Below the pieces are notes generated by a model. It had not been told where the DNA came from. It saw nothing but the letters and a program-made list of their open reading frames with translations, and ran no database searches. Of a DNA stretch of 64,000 nucleotides, positions 25,562 to 39,959 are shown in pieces; the first letter of the stretch is position 1; every line of letters begins with the position of its first letter. Source of the stretch: Octopus vulgaris (lineage: Eukaryota); the NCBI GenBank assembly GCA_951406725.2, contig OX597823.1, positions 118,110,001-118,174,000 on the forward strand. Reading direction: 5' to 3'. The position numbers and the translations under genes are program-made.

Positions 25562-28249
25562 GTAAATATTTTCTCCATTTTAGTTTTCTGTTAAGCTTAT
25601 TTTCTATTTCTTAGATCCAGGTTAGCATGACTGGGAAGGTAAATATGATCAAAACTGTGATCATCCTATCTTTTTGTATATCCAAGACTACATTGCATTC
25701 CTCATTTTGGATATGCTCTTCATTTTTGTTCCTTATGTTTAGAGATGTTAGAGTGTAAGCTGAAAGTATTTGGCTACTATTTGTAGCTGGTAGTGGTTCT
25801 CTCATTTGAGGTGGTATGGTAGACATTATTGTCTTTCTAGTCTTATTTTTGCAGAGGAGTCTTGAGTTCTAGCATACAGTTTGTATGGTCTTTCATGGTT
25901 CAGCTTGTTATTTTGGGGATCTGGAAGAAGTAGCTGTACCTATCACTGTTACAGGATCTCCACAAGCCATGAGGTTAATACAGTTCTTGAACAGTTGTAT
26001 ATCAACAATGTCAAGAAAAACAAAGGTAGATGAGAATTCCAGAGGGCTGAAAAGAGTTAGACATGGTACCTTATCGTTCCTTTTCAGAACGCCACTGGTT
26101 AGTGCAGGAACTTTTAAGTTCCTGTACTAAAAGATGAACAATTATCCCTTTTCATCCATCGGTGATGGATGAGAAGGGATGAGTTGAGTCAGCTGGGCTG
26201 GAGGGCTTGATTGGGTGTGGCACAAGATTATCTGCATCTCAGGAATGGAGACCACTGTAATAGTGATTGGAAAGGTAGGAGGAGGAAACAAAACGTATGT
26301 GGCATAGAGGCTACAGAGTGTTAGCGAGCTTCTCTATTTTCCTATGCTGATATGGGTTGAGCATAATTTTTAATACAACATCTTGCCATGTCTCTTGATC
26401 TTATATCATTTTATTTGTTAAACTCATATTCTTAGATCTGATTTCTTCGACCTAACTCTTTTAGAAGCAGCATTTCCATCCAGATGTTATCCATTTATAT
26501 CATTGGAGTTAGTCTTATGCAAATAAATGTCATGAGAATATTCTGTCCTAACTCTTAACAGTCTTTTGTTAGCTTTGGAAACCTTGCAAAAATGTTATGG
26601 GAGGTTCCCTTTGTTACTAAACCATGAAATAGAAAATAAATTGAGCAACTCTATTTGACTTGCTAGAAATAGCAACTAAATTCTCTCCAAATTATTCTAC
26701 TGACTTAAAAAAATTGGGTAGACACTTAGGATGATGTACTCCTGAAAACAATGTTTCAAAATAAGATGTGATGATCATGGCTGGAATCTTGGAGCAAAGA
26801 TAAATTTAAAAAAAACCTACCTCAATCAAGAGTTACCTCCCTTATTTATGAAACTAGGAAGTGAAAATAATAGTTGTCTTTTTGTACATGAAAATAATGC
26901 TGCCATTTTTTTGCGCTTCTTATACGTCCTGTAACATATTATTTACTAAATGTTGCCATATCTATTCATTGAAAAGTATTGTTTTTGTTGTGTAAGCTTC
27001 AAATCTCTCCAAACCAAGCAGACTTATGATCAAAGGCATTCCAGACTCGATTTTGCCTTTTTTTTTTTCCCAGCTAGTATAACAAAAACTACATTATCCA
27101 ATGTTTCCTTCTAATTTTAGGGGTCCATAGTTATTTCTAGCACTTTCAGTAACCACATAGAGGCTCCTTTGTATAGTTTTTTTTATAGGGTTGTTGATAT
27201 TGTTGCTATTTTCCTTCTTCTCTGTGCACTTCAAAAAATTAATTCCTCTCTTTGTTAATTGTGAAACATATAAATTATAAATTGTTATTTCTTGAATTAG
27301 CTCAAAACTAGTTTTAAGTGAATTGAATTTTGTTGATTGAACCAGCCCAATACACTTCTGACAAAACACTTAAATCTCCACCTGTCTTCCAACATTATAT
27401 TTGCTTCTCACCACTGTCTTACCACTGTTGTTAATATTACAAGTACTGTCACCAAGCATATTGAAGCAGACACTGGCATTATGTATAAACTTTGGACAAA
27501 ATTGTCCAATGAATCATTGAATCATCTGCAAAGACATACCATCAATCCTACTTTGATCTCTAACTCTTCCACAGTCTGAAGTCCAATACTCTAAGCACTG
27601 GTTATTAAGAAAAGCAAAGAAAAACAGTTTTGCCCTCAAAACCTTCAATCTTTTATGTTTGTTCATGATCAATTTCTAACATGGGTACAAGGCTATGTAT
27701 TTGGAGAAGGACATATATATATTCTATTAATTCAACCCAATATTTGATTGTATTTTATCATCCTATGAGGAAAAAAAGGCATTACTAGAACCCAGCAAGA
27801 TTTGAACTCAGGACTTAAAGCAACCTAACTAAATATCACATAGCATTTTGTTTATCAACCTTCAGAAGGAACCTGCAGAAGCCATGATCACCAAAGCTGG
27901 ATAACCTTTCCTTCTTGATTCTTCAGTGGGATCTGTCAACATCACTTTGGCTATCAAAATGCAAGGCTTTTGCTTCCTATCCTTGCATTTAGCATAGGTT
28001 TCTTTCAGTATATCCTACCTGTTCTGTCTTAGTGTAACATCTTAATTTTGATAGTTGCCAAGTTCACCAAATGTTCTAATATTTTCTAAATAAACAATCT
28101 AATATTGCATTCAGGCTATTTCCCTCATATACAGCTCTCCAGGTCTGCTCTGGCTGTCTTGATGGCATCATTGTCCTTCAAACTGCGATTGAAGACCTTC
28201 CTGAAACTTCTCACTTTTTTTTTTCTTTTCTTTTTTTTTTGTGACAGAG

Positions 28250-29500
28250 AGGATCTGATTTTTCCCTACCCTGAAGTAGTACTCATTGGTGACTTTCCCT
28301 TTCTTCGAAATTGTGCACCAATGCTTTGCAGGTTTGAAACTCATCCATGCTCTGTCAGATGTCAGCTAGCCAGAAGAAGCCCTCAACCTGAACTTGCTGT
28401 AGTAGTCTCTGATGAGGTCTTTTACTTCTGGGTACATGATGTCTCTCTAGTGTAACTTCAACCAGCTGGAATCAAGCCAGAGGCATTGGCCAAGTCCAGC
28501 CACAGTACAACTAGATTCTCTCTTGTTGTACCTTTCTGATGAGCTGAGTCACCATGCCTATATGTTCAAGGCACCCAGGGACGCCTGGTATGCCTCCCAT
28601 CTGTACCAATGTGATGACATAAATCTTGTTCAACAGAAAGTTGGAGAGTGTCTTGGACACTGATGAAGAAAATCTTGCTCTCTATGCTGAGCAAGAAGAT
28701 GACACAAAATTGGTTGATAATCTCAGCTTTTTCCTCATTGGGTATGTATAATCCTTCAGCATATCTCCATGATTGGGAAACTTTCCCTCTCCTCTAAATC
28801 ACATTCAAAGCCTTCAAAAGATATTGAAATAGCTTTGGATAGTTCTTGTAGACTTTATATAGGATTCTGCTAGGGCCTTTTCTCAAGCAAAGCTTTTCCA
28901 AGTTGAATTCCACTGTTGGCCCTGGTAAATGTTATAAATGCTTTGCATGAGCTCGGTGGTTGGTCCCTCTCACTGTCACTGTAAGCACTCATGTGTTGCT
29001 CGTTAATAGTGTCCGTGGAACAGGTCAATTAATTGGTCTCCTTCTGAGCTGTCATCAGTATCAGGTGCTCCTTCCTGAGGATTGCCTGAAGATCTGCCAG
29101 ACAGGGATTTTCAAATTTCCCTGTTTCCTAAGTGACTTAAGTTCTTTCCTGAGATGCTAGGTTTTCATTGCCCTGAGATTTAGCATGTAAACTCATGGTA
29201 TGGGCCTACCTGCCACTGTCTCAAAATGCTTAACTGCAAAGTTCACTGTGATGGAGGCCATAGTTTCCAGTTAGTGACGCACATCTCTGCCAGCAGTCCC
29301 TTCCAATGTTTGGACAATATCCTTGTCATACTGCTGCCAGTCAGATGTATTTGATGAACAAGGCCATTAGATCCTTCGTTGGACTGGCTGACTGCTGCCT
29401 GCTGATGGGTCAGCCAGCAGACCACTGGTAGCGACTGTGGCTGACATATGGAGTCTCTGGCCACTGTGCCTTGCATCTGGGCCTAGTTCTGGCATACATC
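28250..29500 (-). mobile_element. HERO/NeSL-type (R2-group) non-LTR retrotransposon RT fragment, degenerate
   Basis: Minus-strand motifs WRYAEGLYIPNEE...ESKIFF, VQMGGIPGVPGCLEH and LVVLWLDLANA. Confidence 0.75.
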
Positions 29501-32389
29501 TCACCAGATACCTCTGAGTGCTTTGTGAGGAGGAGTTCAACTTTTTACTTAAATTTCTACTTGATTTTATGGGTAAAATTTCTTGCTACTCCCATTAGTT
29601 AGCTACATGTTGTGGGTTCAGCCAGTTTATAGTTTGAAATCCACTGGTACAGGAATGTGAGTGAAAGTTTTAAACCTACATTTCTTTGCATAGATCCATG
29701 GAAGGATTATTTTTCTCTTGTTCACAATGTAGTCAAGATCTTAAGATTTTTTCCAATGCCCATAGTTCATAGTGGCTCCCTTGGTCATTATAATCTTTTT
29801 TTTTTCCTACAATATTCCATTTTATGATGGAGTTGCTTTTTCTCAGTCTGTGTATGTTTGCATGTACACATATTTCTAGTCTCAATAAAGACTATCTGTA
29901 TGAAACAACCACTATCATTCCCTGCCCTTACACACATACACACTCTCTCTGTCTCTCGCTACCACACAAACATCTACTTTTCAGTCACATGATTTCCTTT
30001 ACACTATTCATTCCCTTACCCCGCTACAAGCTTGTACAATAAAAACTACTGCACAGTCCACCAATTTACTGCTGTATATCATTACACTGACACCCCTAAC
30101 AAACATATTCTACCAAAAATTATAATTTTGCTTTATTCTAAATTCTATCTCCTTAAATAATCTTTCTTTTTATAACCATGTTATTGATAGCCTAATTGCC
30201 TGTTTTAGCTTCAAAACTGGCTGATAAATCAATTTTATATGTATCTATCTATTTTATGAACTAACATACACAAATGCAAATACTATCAACATTAACAGGT
30301 AAAAGCAAACTCCTCTTAGAAACCTACCTACACCATACCATACACAATCCACACACTTCCAAACCTAACTCCCCTATAAATATAACTTCATATTTTCTCT
30401 AAACCAAAGATTCCTGCTCACTTTGAGACCTTTGGTCAATAGGAAACATTGAACCTTCAAATTCTGACATTAAATTGTTACTAATACATTGTACATCCTT
30501 CTTTATATATTTATTGTGTGTGCGTTTATGAAGATTTATAGAGAGAGAGAGAGAGAGAGAGAGAGAACAATTTAATAGATTAAATATTTTTGTATAAATG
30601 TTTATGTATTGAATCTGGACAAGCAGTGTCTGTTTGCTAAGACATGCGTATCACATACATGTCATTACTTATGGTTGTTCATAAAAAGGTTCATGGTAGA
30701 TGAAGCATAGGCACTGTCTTGATGTTTCACTTACCATTTACAGTTATGAGGAAGGGAAACTACAGAAGTGGCAGTTCTTCAATAGGGGTGTCCATGATAC
30801 CCCAATTGAAGTCCAATTGTTGCAGCAATCTTGTATGTAGCTAAAGTTTACAGCATCACTAAGTGCTGTGTCTGTGTGATGTCTTCTTTAATACATATAA
30901 ACATATATAAACCCTAAAGGCTTAATTAGCAGAGGTAAAGAAAACCTGAGTTATATGCTCCTGTGAATTTAATTTGAAGAGAATGAACTCTGCCAAGCCA
31001 ACTTGCTTTAGATTACACTTCTTGAAGAACATGCCTTCAGTGTTCACCTTCCACTTCAATTATTTTCACTTCCAACTCACTGCATGTGTATAGTTTGAGC
31101 AGTATTCTTAATTCTACACACTTCAGTTTACTTATCTATCAAGAATCACCATGAAGAAGGTCCTCTGCTAGTGTTGTTTGAAAGAGAACTTTATCATATC
31201 CAAAAGAAGATTTATCATTCATATCATAAAACTGAACACAAAAACCAGCCTGTAAAAACTCTTCTCGGCTTAAAAGACAATTATTATTTTTTCCTATACT
31301 ATGGGTTACAAGATTCACTGTCACATTTATTCCTTATTAATAATTATTTTATGATCTACATTGTTGACATTTGTGAGGTGAATAATTCTGAATATAATTA
31401 CCATTAGATTCTGAGGTCTCCTTTTTAAATATTTTCAATGACTTTATTAGTTGTATACCTCTAACATAATAAGTAACCTAACTTTACAATGCTTGATATT
31501 GTTTTATTTTACATTTGCAGATATTTCAAGTTGTCTTTTTGTCATAGTATTTAATGTATGAATTTATGCTAAATATAAACTGTAAACTTTAAGAAAAAAA
31601 GAATTTATTCATTGAAAATTTTTTTAAGTTTCATATTTTCAACAAGAAAGATATTTTTTGAGCACCAGTTCCTAAATCTTTTTCTCTTTTTTCTTTCTAC
31701 TTGTAGGGTACTTAAGAGTTAATAGAAATGTTTTAGAACTCCATGTGCATAAATTAAAAAATGTATTTAATGCAAAAATTATTTACTTTTTGTAAATAAT
31801 TCCTAGTACTGATTATAAACAATCAGTACTTATAAATAATTCCTAGTAGTGAAAATTAAGTACTTTGTTATGCTACAAATGAATCTTACTATTTTGGTGA
31901 TATTTATCATTTGGACACATACTTAGATAAACATACCTTCCTTTCACCTTCAGTGCAATGATCTCTCTTTCTCATGCACATTTAATATGAGAGTGAGGAA
32001 GAGACTTAGAATTTAGCATATCAGTTTGTATTCTATCACATTTTTAAAAAATAAAATTTCATTATTTTCATGATACATTAGTGTGTTGCAGTGTAGCATT
32101 TGGGAACTGTCTATATCCATGAGTTATGCTTCATTATTTTGTTGTATTCTGTGGTAGTTGCCACTTATCAGGTGACCTTAACGTATGAAACCATTTCAGT
32201 TCATTTGCATTCTTGGAAAAAAACTATGGTCATCACCTTTTATTATCTTTACCAATAATTTTGAAGTCTTACATTATGTTAGGAATTATTTATTTTTTCT
32301 TTAGTGTTATCATCTTATTTCTAATATATTCAGAATGACTCACAATAGCTTGTTGTGAGGTTGATATAGTAACCTCATGATATGTTTAA

Positions 32390-32596
32390 CCCTTTAGAAT
32401 TCAGATTCATCTGTCAAATATAATGCATATTTATTCACATTGTTTTGTATTAATCATGCATTAATTATCTTGTACCTTCAAGATTTCATTTATGTGACTA
32501 TTTATTTTTAGAATGTGTGAGGCTGGATCTGTCCAGTTGGAACATAGAACAAGTAGAATATTTGGGCCAGATCTGGTTGATTTAAATGCTGAAGAG
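32390..32596. mobile_element. piggyBac-like MITE, second copy
   Basis: Flanked by TTAA and homologous to 24696-24915. Confidence 0.75.
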
Positions 32597-33698
32597 TTAA
32601 ATCTTGATGCAGCTGTTGTCTTTTGCACTAGAACAATGAACTTTACTCAGTCCTTCTGAACCTTTCTTGTTTATTTGCACTCATACAATGGTTGTGTTGA
32701 GTAAAAGAAGAAGAGTTTTAGTGATACATTATCAGCATTCTCATTTTATGCATCATGAGTTCATTATCTCATTCCTGATACTGCACTGTAGTTTTTGACA
32801 AAATTCTTAACCTTTCTACATCTGTTCATTTTGGTGAAAAGTGCAGAATCATATTGACTTGAGTAAACAGTGTCATTGGAAGTCTTCATCTGAGAGCTAA
32901 TATTGTCATTCTTGAAGAAAAGTTCTTATTTGAGTCAGTCCTGATGGCAAATTATGAAACAGAAAAATGGACATGATATTTGGTTAACAATTCTGTAATT
33001 AATTTCTACTAAATTACTTTCAAACTTTAATGAGACATACACCAAGACTTTGTTACTGTTTTAAGTTTTTTTAAGAATATAAAAATCAACTTATCTTGAC
33101 AACAAAATAAAAACTATTGGAGATTGCTAAACATTTTGTTATAAATCGTAATTAAGCGCAGAAGTAGGCCAAATATAATTTGGAATTTATTGCTTGTAAT
33201 AATGGTTTAGATAGAGAGAGGAAGAATGTTTTGTGCATGTATCATGCACTGATTCACTTTCCCAAAATAAAGTAGATAATTGTCAAGCTGACAAGAGTAC
33301 CTTAATGCAATCACTTGACATAAACAAATTAAGATTTAGCTAGAAATAGTTGTCACATCTAACACAGATCACATTTTTGCATTAATTATTTCAAAGAATA
33401 CTTTAAGTGTGAGAAGACAAACAGATGGCTAGGCAAAGTTGGAACCTACTTTTATCATTGGTCTGTTCAGTCAAAGCTTAAAAAAAAAAAAATAAATAAA
33501 GGGAAATGGATTCAATTATGAATTCAAAACTACATATTTTCAGGAAGAGAAGTCAAGAGAATCTGGTGTTCATGATTTTTACACAAATTTTTACACAAAT
33601 GAAGTAAAACTAACTTAAACTGTCTGCTGATAACTTATGCAAGGATTATATGTTTTAATTATTTTATGATTTGATATATTTTATTCTTTTAATTTTAG

Positions 33699-34004
33699 GG
33701 TCGGATCAAACTAGATGTTGGTGGACATGAATTTACCACATCAGTGTTCACACTTACCCAGGTACAGGACTCCATGCTTGCCGCTATGTTTAGTGGACGT
33801 CACGAGATAAAACACGAAGTTGACGGTAGTGTATTCATTGACCGGGATGGAACACACTTTCGCTACATTCTCAATTACTTAAGGGACAGTGACTACAGCT
33901 TTGAAGCTTTGCCCCGCAGCAAACAAGTCTTGCGAGAACTGCGCAATGAAGCCATATTCTACCAGCTACCTGGTCTGGTGCAGCAGATTGAGAAGTTGTT
34001 GTGA
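33699..34004 (+). CDS. BTB/KCTD-like gene, last coding exon (T1-type BTB/POZ domain)
   Basis: Acceptor ttttAG at 33698, phase 0. Reads GRIKLDVGGHEFTTSVFTL...SMLAAMFSGRH...VFIDRDGTHFRYILNYLRD...EAIFYQLPGL, carrying the KCTD BTB signatures, and stops at TGA 34002-34004. Confidence 0.93.
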   Translation, partial: GRIKLDVGGHEFTTSVFTLTQVQDSMLAAMFSGRHEIKHEVDGSVFIDRDGTHFRYILNYLRDSDYSFEALPRSKQVLRELRNEAIFYQLPGLVQQIEKLL

Positions 34005-34429
34005 CATCACCGTTGCCTCCTCATTCGAACACCACGGCAGTATTGTTGTGTCTTACGACCTTGTAGGTTAACCAACATACCTTTTTTGTATATTCAACTC
34101 CACAGTAGGCATAAGACCTACTATAGCCCCTCTCCTCCATCTTCTCCCCCACTTCTTCCTCCTCCTCCTCCTACTTCAGGTCGCACCCTGTCTGTCTGTT
34201 GCCATCACTGCCACTGTGCTTTCCCCACATTATGTGTTGGTAGGAGATTGTTAGCCCTGTCCTCCAGTTTCTTTTTTGAATGTGCCATGCCACTTACAGA
34301 TGCTTGGATAGAGAATCTCCGCATTGCACACATATTTGTCAAGTTTTGCATCTGAGTTTTTACTTAGGAAATGATGTTATGAATATATATGTGAATTGTG
34401 TGACTATGTGTATGTGTATATGTACATAT

Positions 34430-34450
34430 ATATTAATATATATGTATGTA

Positions 34451-34496
<46 letters not shown>

Positions 34497-35575
34497 AATA
34501 TATATTACTATATGTATACTTATATTATATATATATATAAATATATATTACTATATGTATACTTATATTATATATATATATAAATATATATTACTATATG
34601 TATACTTATATTATATATATATATAAATATATATTACTATATGTATACTTATATTATATATATATATATAAATATATATTACTATATGTATACTTATATT
34701 ATATATATATATATATATATTACTATATGTATACTTATATTATATATATATATATATATATATATTACTATATGTATACTTATATTATATATATATATAT
34801 ATATAATTAATTAATAAGGGTGAGAGAATTAGATACTAATTTAATAGTATATTTATTCCACACCAAGTGGCCTAGTGCTACGAGAAACCTGGATTATTAT
34901 AATATTTTATAACATATTATAATATTTTCACAAAATAAATATAAGAGAGTGGTCACTATATTGATCACTCTAGCACCAGTTAATCCAAAAGGTTTCAACC
35001 ACGAAAATACATGCTTCCCATGAAAGCCAGTACGACTGTTAGCTCACACGGACAGGGCAAATAAAAAATAACAAAAATACAGATTATTTTGGGACAATTG
35101 TTTCGCTATTAATGAATTAAATGTAATATTACTTACAATAATCCATTTGTAGCTCGTCAGCCAAGACTATCTGGATGAAATATATATATATATATATATA
35201 TTACTATATGTATACTTATATTATATATATATATATATATTACTATATGTATACTTATATTATATATATATATATATATTACTATATGTATACTATATAT
35301 ATATATATATTACTATATGTATACTTATATATATATATATATATATATTACTATATGTATACTTATATATATATATATATTACTATATGTATACTTATAT
35401 TATATATATATATATATATTACTATATGTATACTTATATATATATATATATATACTATATGTATACTTATATATATATATATATATACTATATGTATACT
35501 TATATTATATATTAATATATATATATATATGTAATTTTATAAACATTGTATATATATATATATATATATATATTG
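34430..35575. repeat. AT-rich minisatellite (TTACTATATGTATACTTATA units within (TA)n), interrupted by an insert at about 34805-35180
   Basis: About 20 visible tandem units. Confidence 0.9.
35089..35164 (-). ncRNA. Type I hammerhead ribozyme with canonical core
   Basis: Minus strand UUGG CUGACGA GCUA-[41 nt]-UAGC GAAAC AAUU GUC CCAA. Stems I and II are present, stem III is palindromic, and the cleavage triplet is GUC. Confidence 0.75.
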
Positions 35576-35663
35576 AAACTTAAGAGCTGTAAAGTGTATT
35601 AAAGTTTATATTTTACATAGTGCAAACATTAACTGTTATAGAACTCCATACATTGGGTAGAGT

Positions 35664-35707
<44 letters not shown>

Positions 35708-38700
35708 GATGTGTTCTGTATAGACATTAGCATTACCTCTGCAGATATAAAGATTACATAGATGGCATATATTTTTGTTTTCTTTGTTCCTTGTCTTCTT
35801 CTCACCTCCCCGCACTCATATTTCATTGTTTTGGTAACTAGTAGTTCTGAATTAACATCTATTTCATTAACCCTATCCCACTTCTCATTCATTCATTCAT
35901 ACACTCCCATGCTGCCTATAATTTTACTAAATCACATTTTAGGACAACCATTTCTCTAATTGTAACTGCTGCTCATGACAGGCACCTTTCTCTTTTAAAA
36001 AATGTTATTATGATTATGAAATATAGATCTCTTGAATATCTGCTGTGTCAAGTTATTCTTTTCTTTTTTTTTTCTTTTTCTTTTTTTTTTCTATTATTTT
36101 TCAGCAACAAAGAAGAGGCATAGTGGCTGCATCTGGTTTTCTCATTAGCTCAAACTCTTGCTACAGTCAGTGTGTTGTGACCCTAGGTAAAGCAATATTA
36201 TTCTACTTGCAGTAGCCCAACCTTATTGGAAAAATAAGTAGCTCTCCCATCAACTTTTATTGTTGTAATGCAAAGGGGGTTTTTCTTTTTGCTCAGTGGT
36301 TCCCAATACAAGGTTAAAAGCCCTTCCTTACCCGAGAAGTAACTGAAAAAAATCCAAAAAATTTTAATTAAGATCCACCTCACCTCCAAATTAATATATA
36401 ATTCCCAATATCGTATAGTATTGTAAAACACATATCAAAACTATGAATCTGAGAATTTCATTCGGAAAATTCTGCCTTGGTCTGACACCATGTTGAAAAT
36501 TTGTATTAAAAATTGGATGGTGGAACCACATATACTTACCATAGCACCGGGCTGCATTTAAAAGACTTACCTTCTCTAGCAAGTCACTTGTTAAAATTAA
36601 AATTTTTGAAAACTATTCCAGTGCTCAGGGTGATAACATGAAATAATAATTTATTATTAACAGAGGCCTGTCACTCTATGCTGATTTGGGGATTTGTATG
36701 TACCATGTTCCTGGCAGTGAGTCTGTTCATTTTCCTTCAAATTTTCCTTAAATTCTAGTTAGGCTTCATAAGGGCAAAACAGGATTTCTTTGCTATTTTA
36801 TACCGGAACATTAATTGATTGCAGGGGAACAGTGTCAGTTGTCTCAACCAACTGATAATACAAAATAACAGGGTTGATAAACGTCTAACATAGAAAGAAA
36901 AATGTTCTGAGAGTTTATTTTAGTTAATGTTTGTTCATTTCTTTGTTCCTCGGTGACGTTGCTGAATGCATAAGTTATGAGTTCATACTCACTGCAGACT
37001 TTTCATTGTGTGTTTCTAGGCAAAGAACAATTAATTCTACAGACTTCAGTCCTCAAGGATGAGGAGAATAGCTACCAGATCTTCTAGGGATGTTTCCTGC
37101 AATAATTGGCATTCTGTCCAGTTGGGGATTTAACTCACATCTGCTCTATGGAAATAAGTAATGTGGCTTTGAAATTTTTCTGTGGTTTGTGAGGATATAT
37201 ATTGTCACCATTATTATTACTTTGAAGGGGGTGATGAAGCTGCAGAAACAGAAGAATACTGGATTAAGTGCCTTACAGTATTATGTTTTTTCACTCTTCA
37301 GTCTGAATTTAAATTATGTCAAGGTTGATTGGGGTGAATAAAATAAGTGCCAGTTGTGTGCTGAGCTTGATTCGATCAATTATATGTCTCTACTATAAAT
37401 TCCTGACCTTGTACCAATATAAGAAATTATTGTTGAAGCAGCTGCATTATTCTGTCTACTGGATTACAAATGAAGTTCTACCACTAAAACTGTAACATAT
37501 ACGTGAGCAAGTCACCTAACTCTTCTGATTTCAGACTACTTGCTATGAATGTTGTATCTGGAAAAAACAGCTTGGAGGCATGGCTGTAATTGAACTGATT
37601 GACCAATTCATTTGCCTGTTGTGTTATGTTTGATTGCTATGTAGACTGATGTCTTTGCTTTATGTGCAGTCTCACCAACCCATCATTAAAAGAACTACCG
37701 TTAAAGGATTTGTGACCAGTGTAAATCTCACCATGCCATTGGACCACTATGCATTGTTATTAATCAAATGGTTGCATCCAGTCTATTCAACAACAAATTA
37801 ATCATTTGTTGTTGTTGATATTGCATTTAATTTTGTGGTTTCACTTCAATAAAATTAGACTTAATTAGTTTTCTAATGTTGGATTAAATCAGCCCTCTTC
37901 AAAAAGGATAAAAATATTAATAATTGAAGCCTTATTTGTGTTTTATTCATTTTATTTTGTAAGCAAACAAAACACTTCTTAGATTTAAGTTTGTGTGTGG
38001 CTAGGTGTGTGTATTTTAGAGAGATTTCTCTCTCAGAACACACACATTAAGATGATATATACAAGATCCTACAAAAATTTCAAGTATGTGTATACCTGTG
38101 GTTGTAAGTTTACATGAAATGTTCTTTTCTTTCTCCCCCCTCGCTCTCTCTCTCACACACACACACACACCTTTCTCTAATGATGTCAATATTGTTGCAT
38201 GTGTGAGCTTACTTTTGTGCCTGTCTATCACCAGAAGAATCATGCTTCTTCTTACTGTTATGTCACATTCACATCAGACTGACTTGTTCTCCGCTATCCT
38301 TCCATTGTGTAAACTTTTACATTAAAAAAAAAAAGAAATAGGAAGGTGAAGATAAAATAAGAACAGAGAATGATGAAAGTTTTAAAATAAATATAATATG
38401 TGATTCATAGTATATATGGCCCCTTTTAATCCACCTTCCCTTTTCCCTATTCATCAGTTCACTTTGATGTGTAATATGGGAAAATGGATAATTTGTTTTG
38501 AATTGTAACACATCAAAAATAGTCTTTCATTTCCTCAGTTTTCTTTTTCTACACCTTCAGTTTATCAAGTGTGTTCCATTCCTTTTTTGATGTTTTCTGG
38601 AAGTTTTCATTTCCTTTAGGTTTAATTTTTTTTTTCCATCAAGGTGTTGCTGCAATTACCTCCTCTTCCACCACCATCACCAGCACTACCATCACTATCA

Positions 38701-38834
38701 TTATCATCATCACCATGTTCATTATCTCCAATAATCTCCAGCCATCTAGAAATAGAGTTTAAAGCAGATATTTGTTTTTCAAAATCTTTCTGTTCCTTTA
38801 GATATCTGTTTCCTAATTTTCAATAGTGTATGTC

Positions 38835-38894
<60 letters not shown>

Positions 38895-39959
38895 TTTTAC
38901 TTGTAAACAAAAAACGATTTTCTAAAAATATACTTATTTTATCAAATAATTTTTAAAAGTAACAGATTAAAACAGACATGTTAGAAGAGAGTTTTTGTGT
39001 AAGTAATTTCATGCCAAAACAGTAAAAGCACTCACACAAAAACTTCCCCTCATAAGGTATGTGTTAATCTGCTTCTTTTAAAGATTATTTTGATATAATA
39101 ATTTCCTTGCAAAGAAACTGGTTACTAACCAAATTAGTTATTCAGAAAGTATTTTTTGGGAAAAAAATGTTTTGACCGAATCTTACTCTCCAAATTCACA
39201 CAATTTTTTTTTAAAATCAAAAAAGTTTTTAAAAATGAACAGGTAGGGTGTTGGTAAAATTTTTAAAAAGGAAACTCCTACATTTTTTTCTCTCTGCATA
39301 ATCTCTGCATATTGAAAACAACAAAAAAAAATGTTGATAAAAAAAGACTAAAAAGTTAATGTTGGTTATATTGTGTGCTTTGATCAAAATTCCACACCAT
39401 CTTTTTACCAAAATATCAAAGACATGTTTTTCATCATGCTTATTTTAAGTTCCTGGCTTGTTGCTGCTGATACTTGATTAATCTCGTTTGGGTCAGCTGG
39501 TAGTGAGAGGATCTAATGCTGAAAGACCTGAAGTCTCTCAGAGCCTTAAGAATATTACTGATGATGCATCCCAGAGCATCCATGAAATGTATCATAAAAC
39601 AAACTATGATATCACTATTCATGTAGCTTTTACTCTTTTTTTTTCTTGTAGATTCTGATCTCATCACAATGAAACTATGAAATATTATTGGCTACCATTT
39701 GTAATTGGGTATGGCTTGATAGCAAGAAAATTTATTTTAATATTGTAAGGGAACTTGATCAGTGGTGTTGTAATCTTTCCTGGGATTGTGGTCCAAAGGT
39801 ACTAACACAACCTTAAACTCAGACATTACAGAATATTGTTGATAGACGTGATATAGTTGGATCTTGTTCTAGCTTTTCTCTCTTTCCTTCCTGCTGTTTC
39901 ATTCAATTTGATTCTGCAACATATCTTTTTTTTTTTTTTTGTAACCCTCTGCCACTGTT

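Noticed and set aside
34490-35520. Regularly spaced repeat resembling a CRISPR array
   Set aside because: The spacers are just variable (TA)n, the context is eukaryotic and there are no cas genes. It is a minisatellite.
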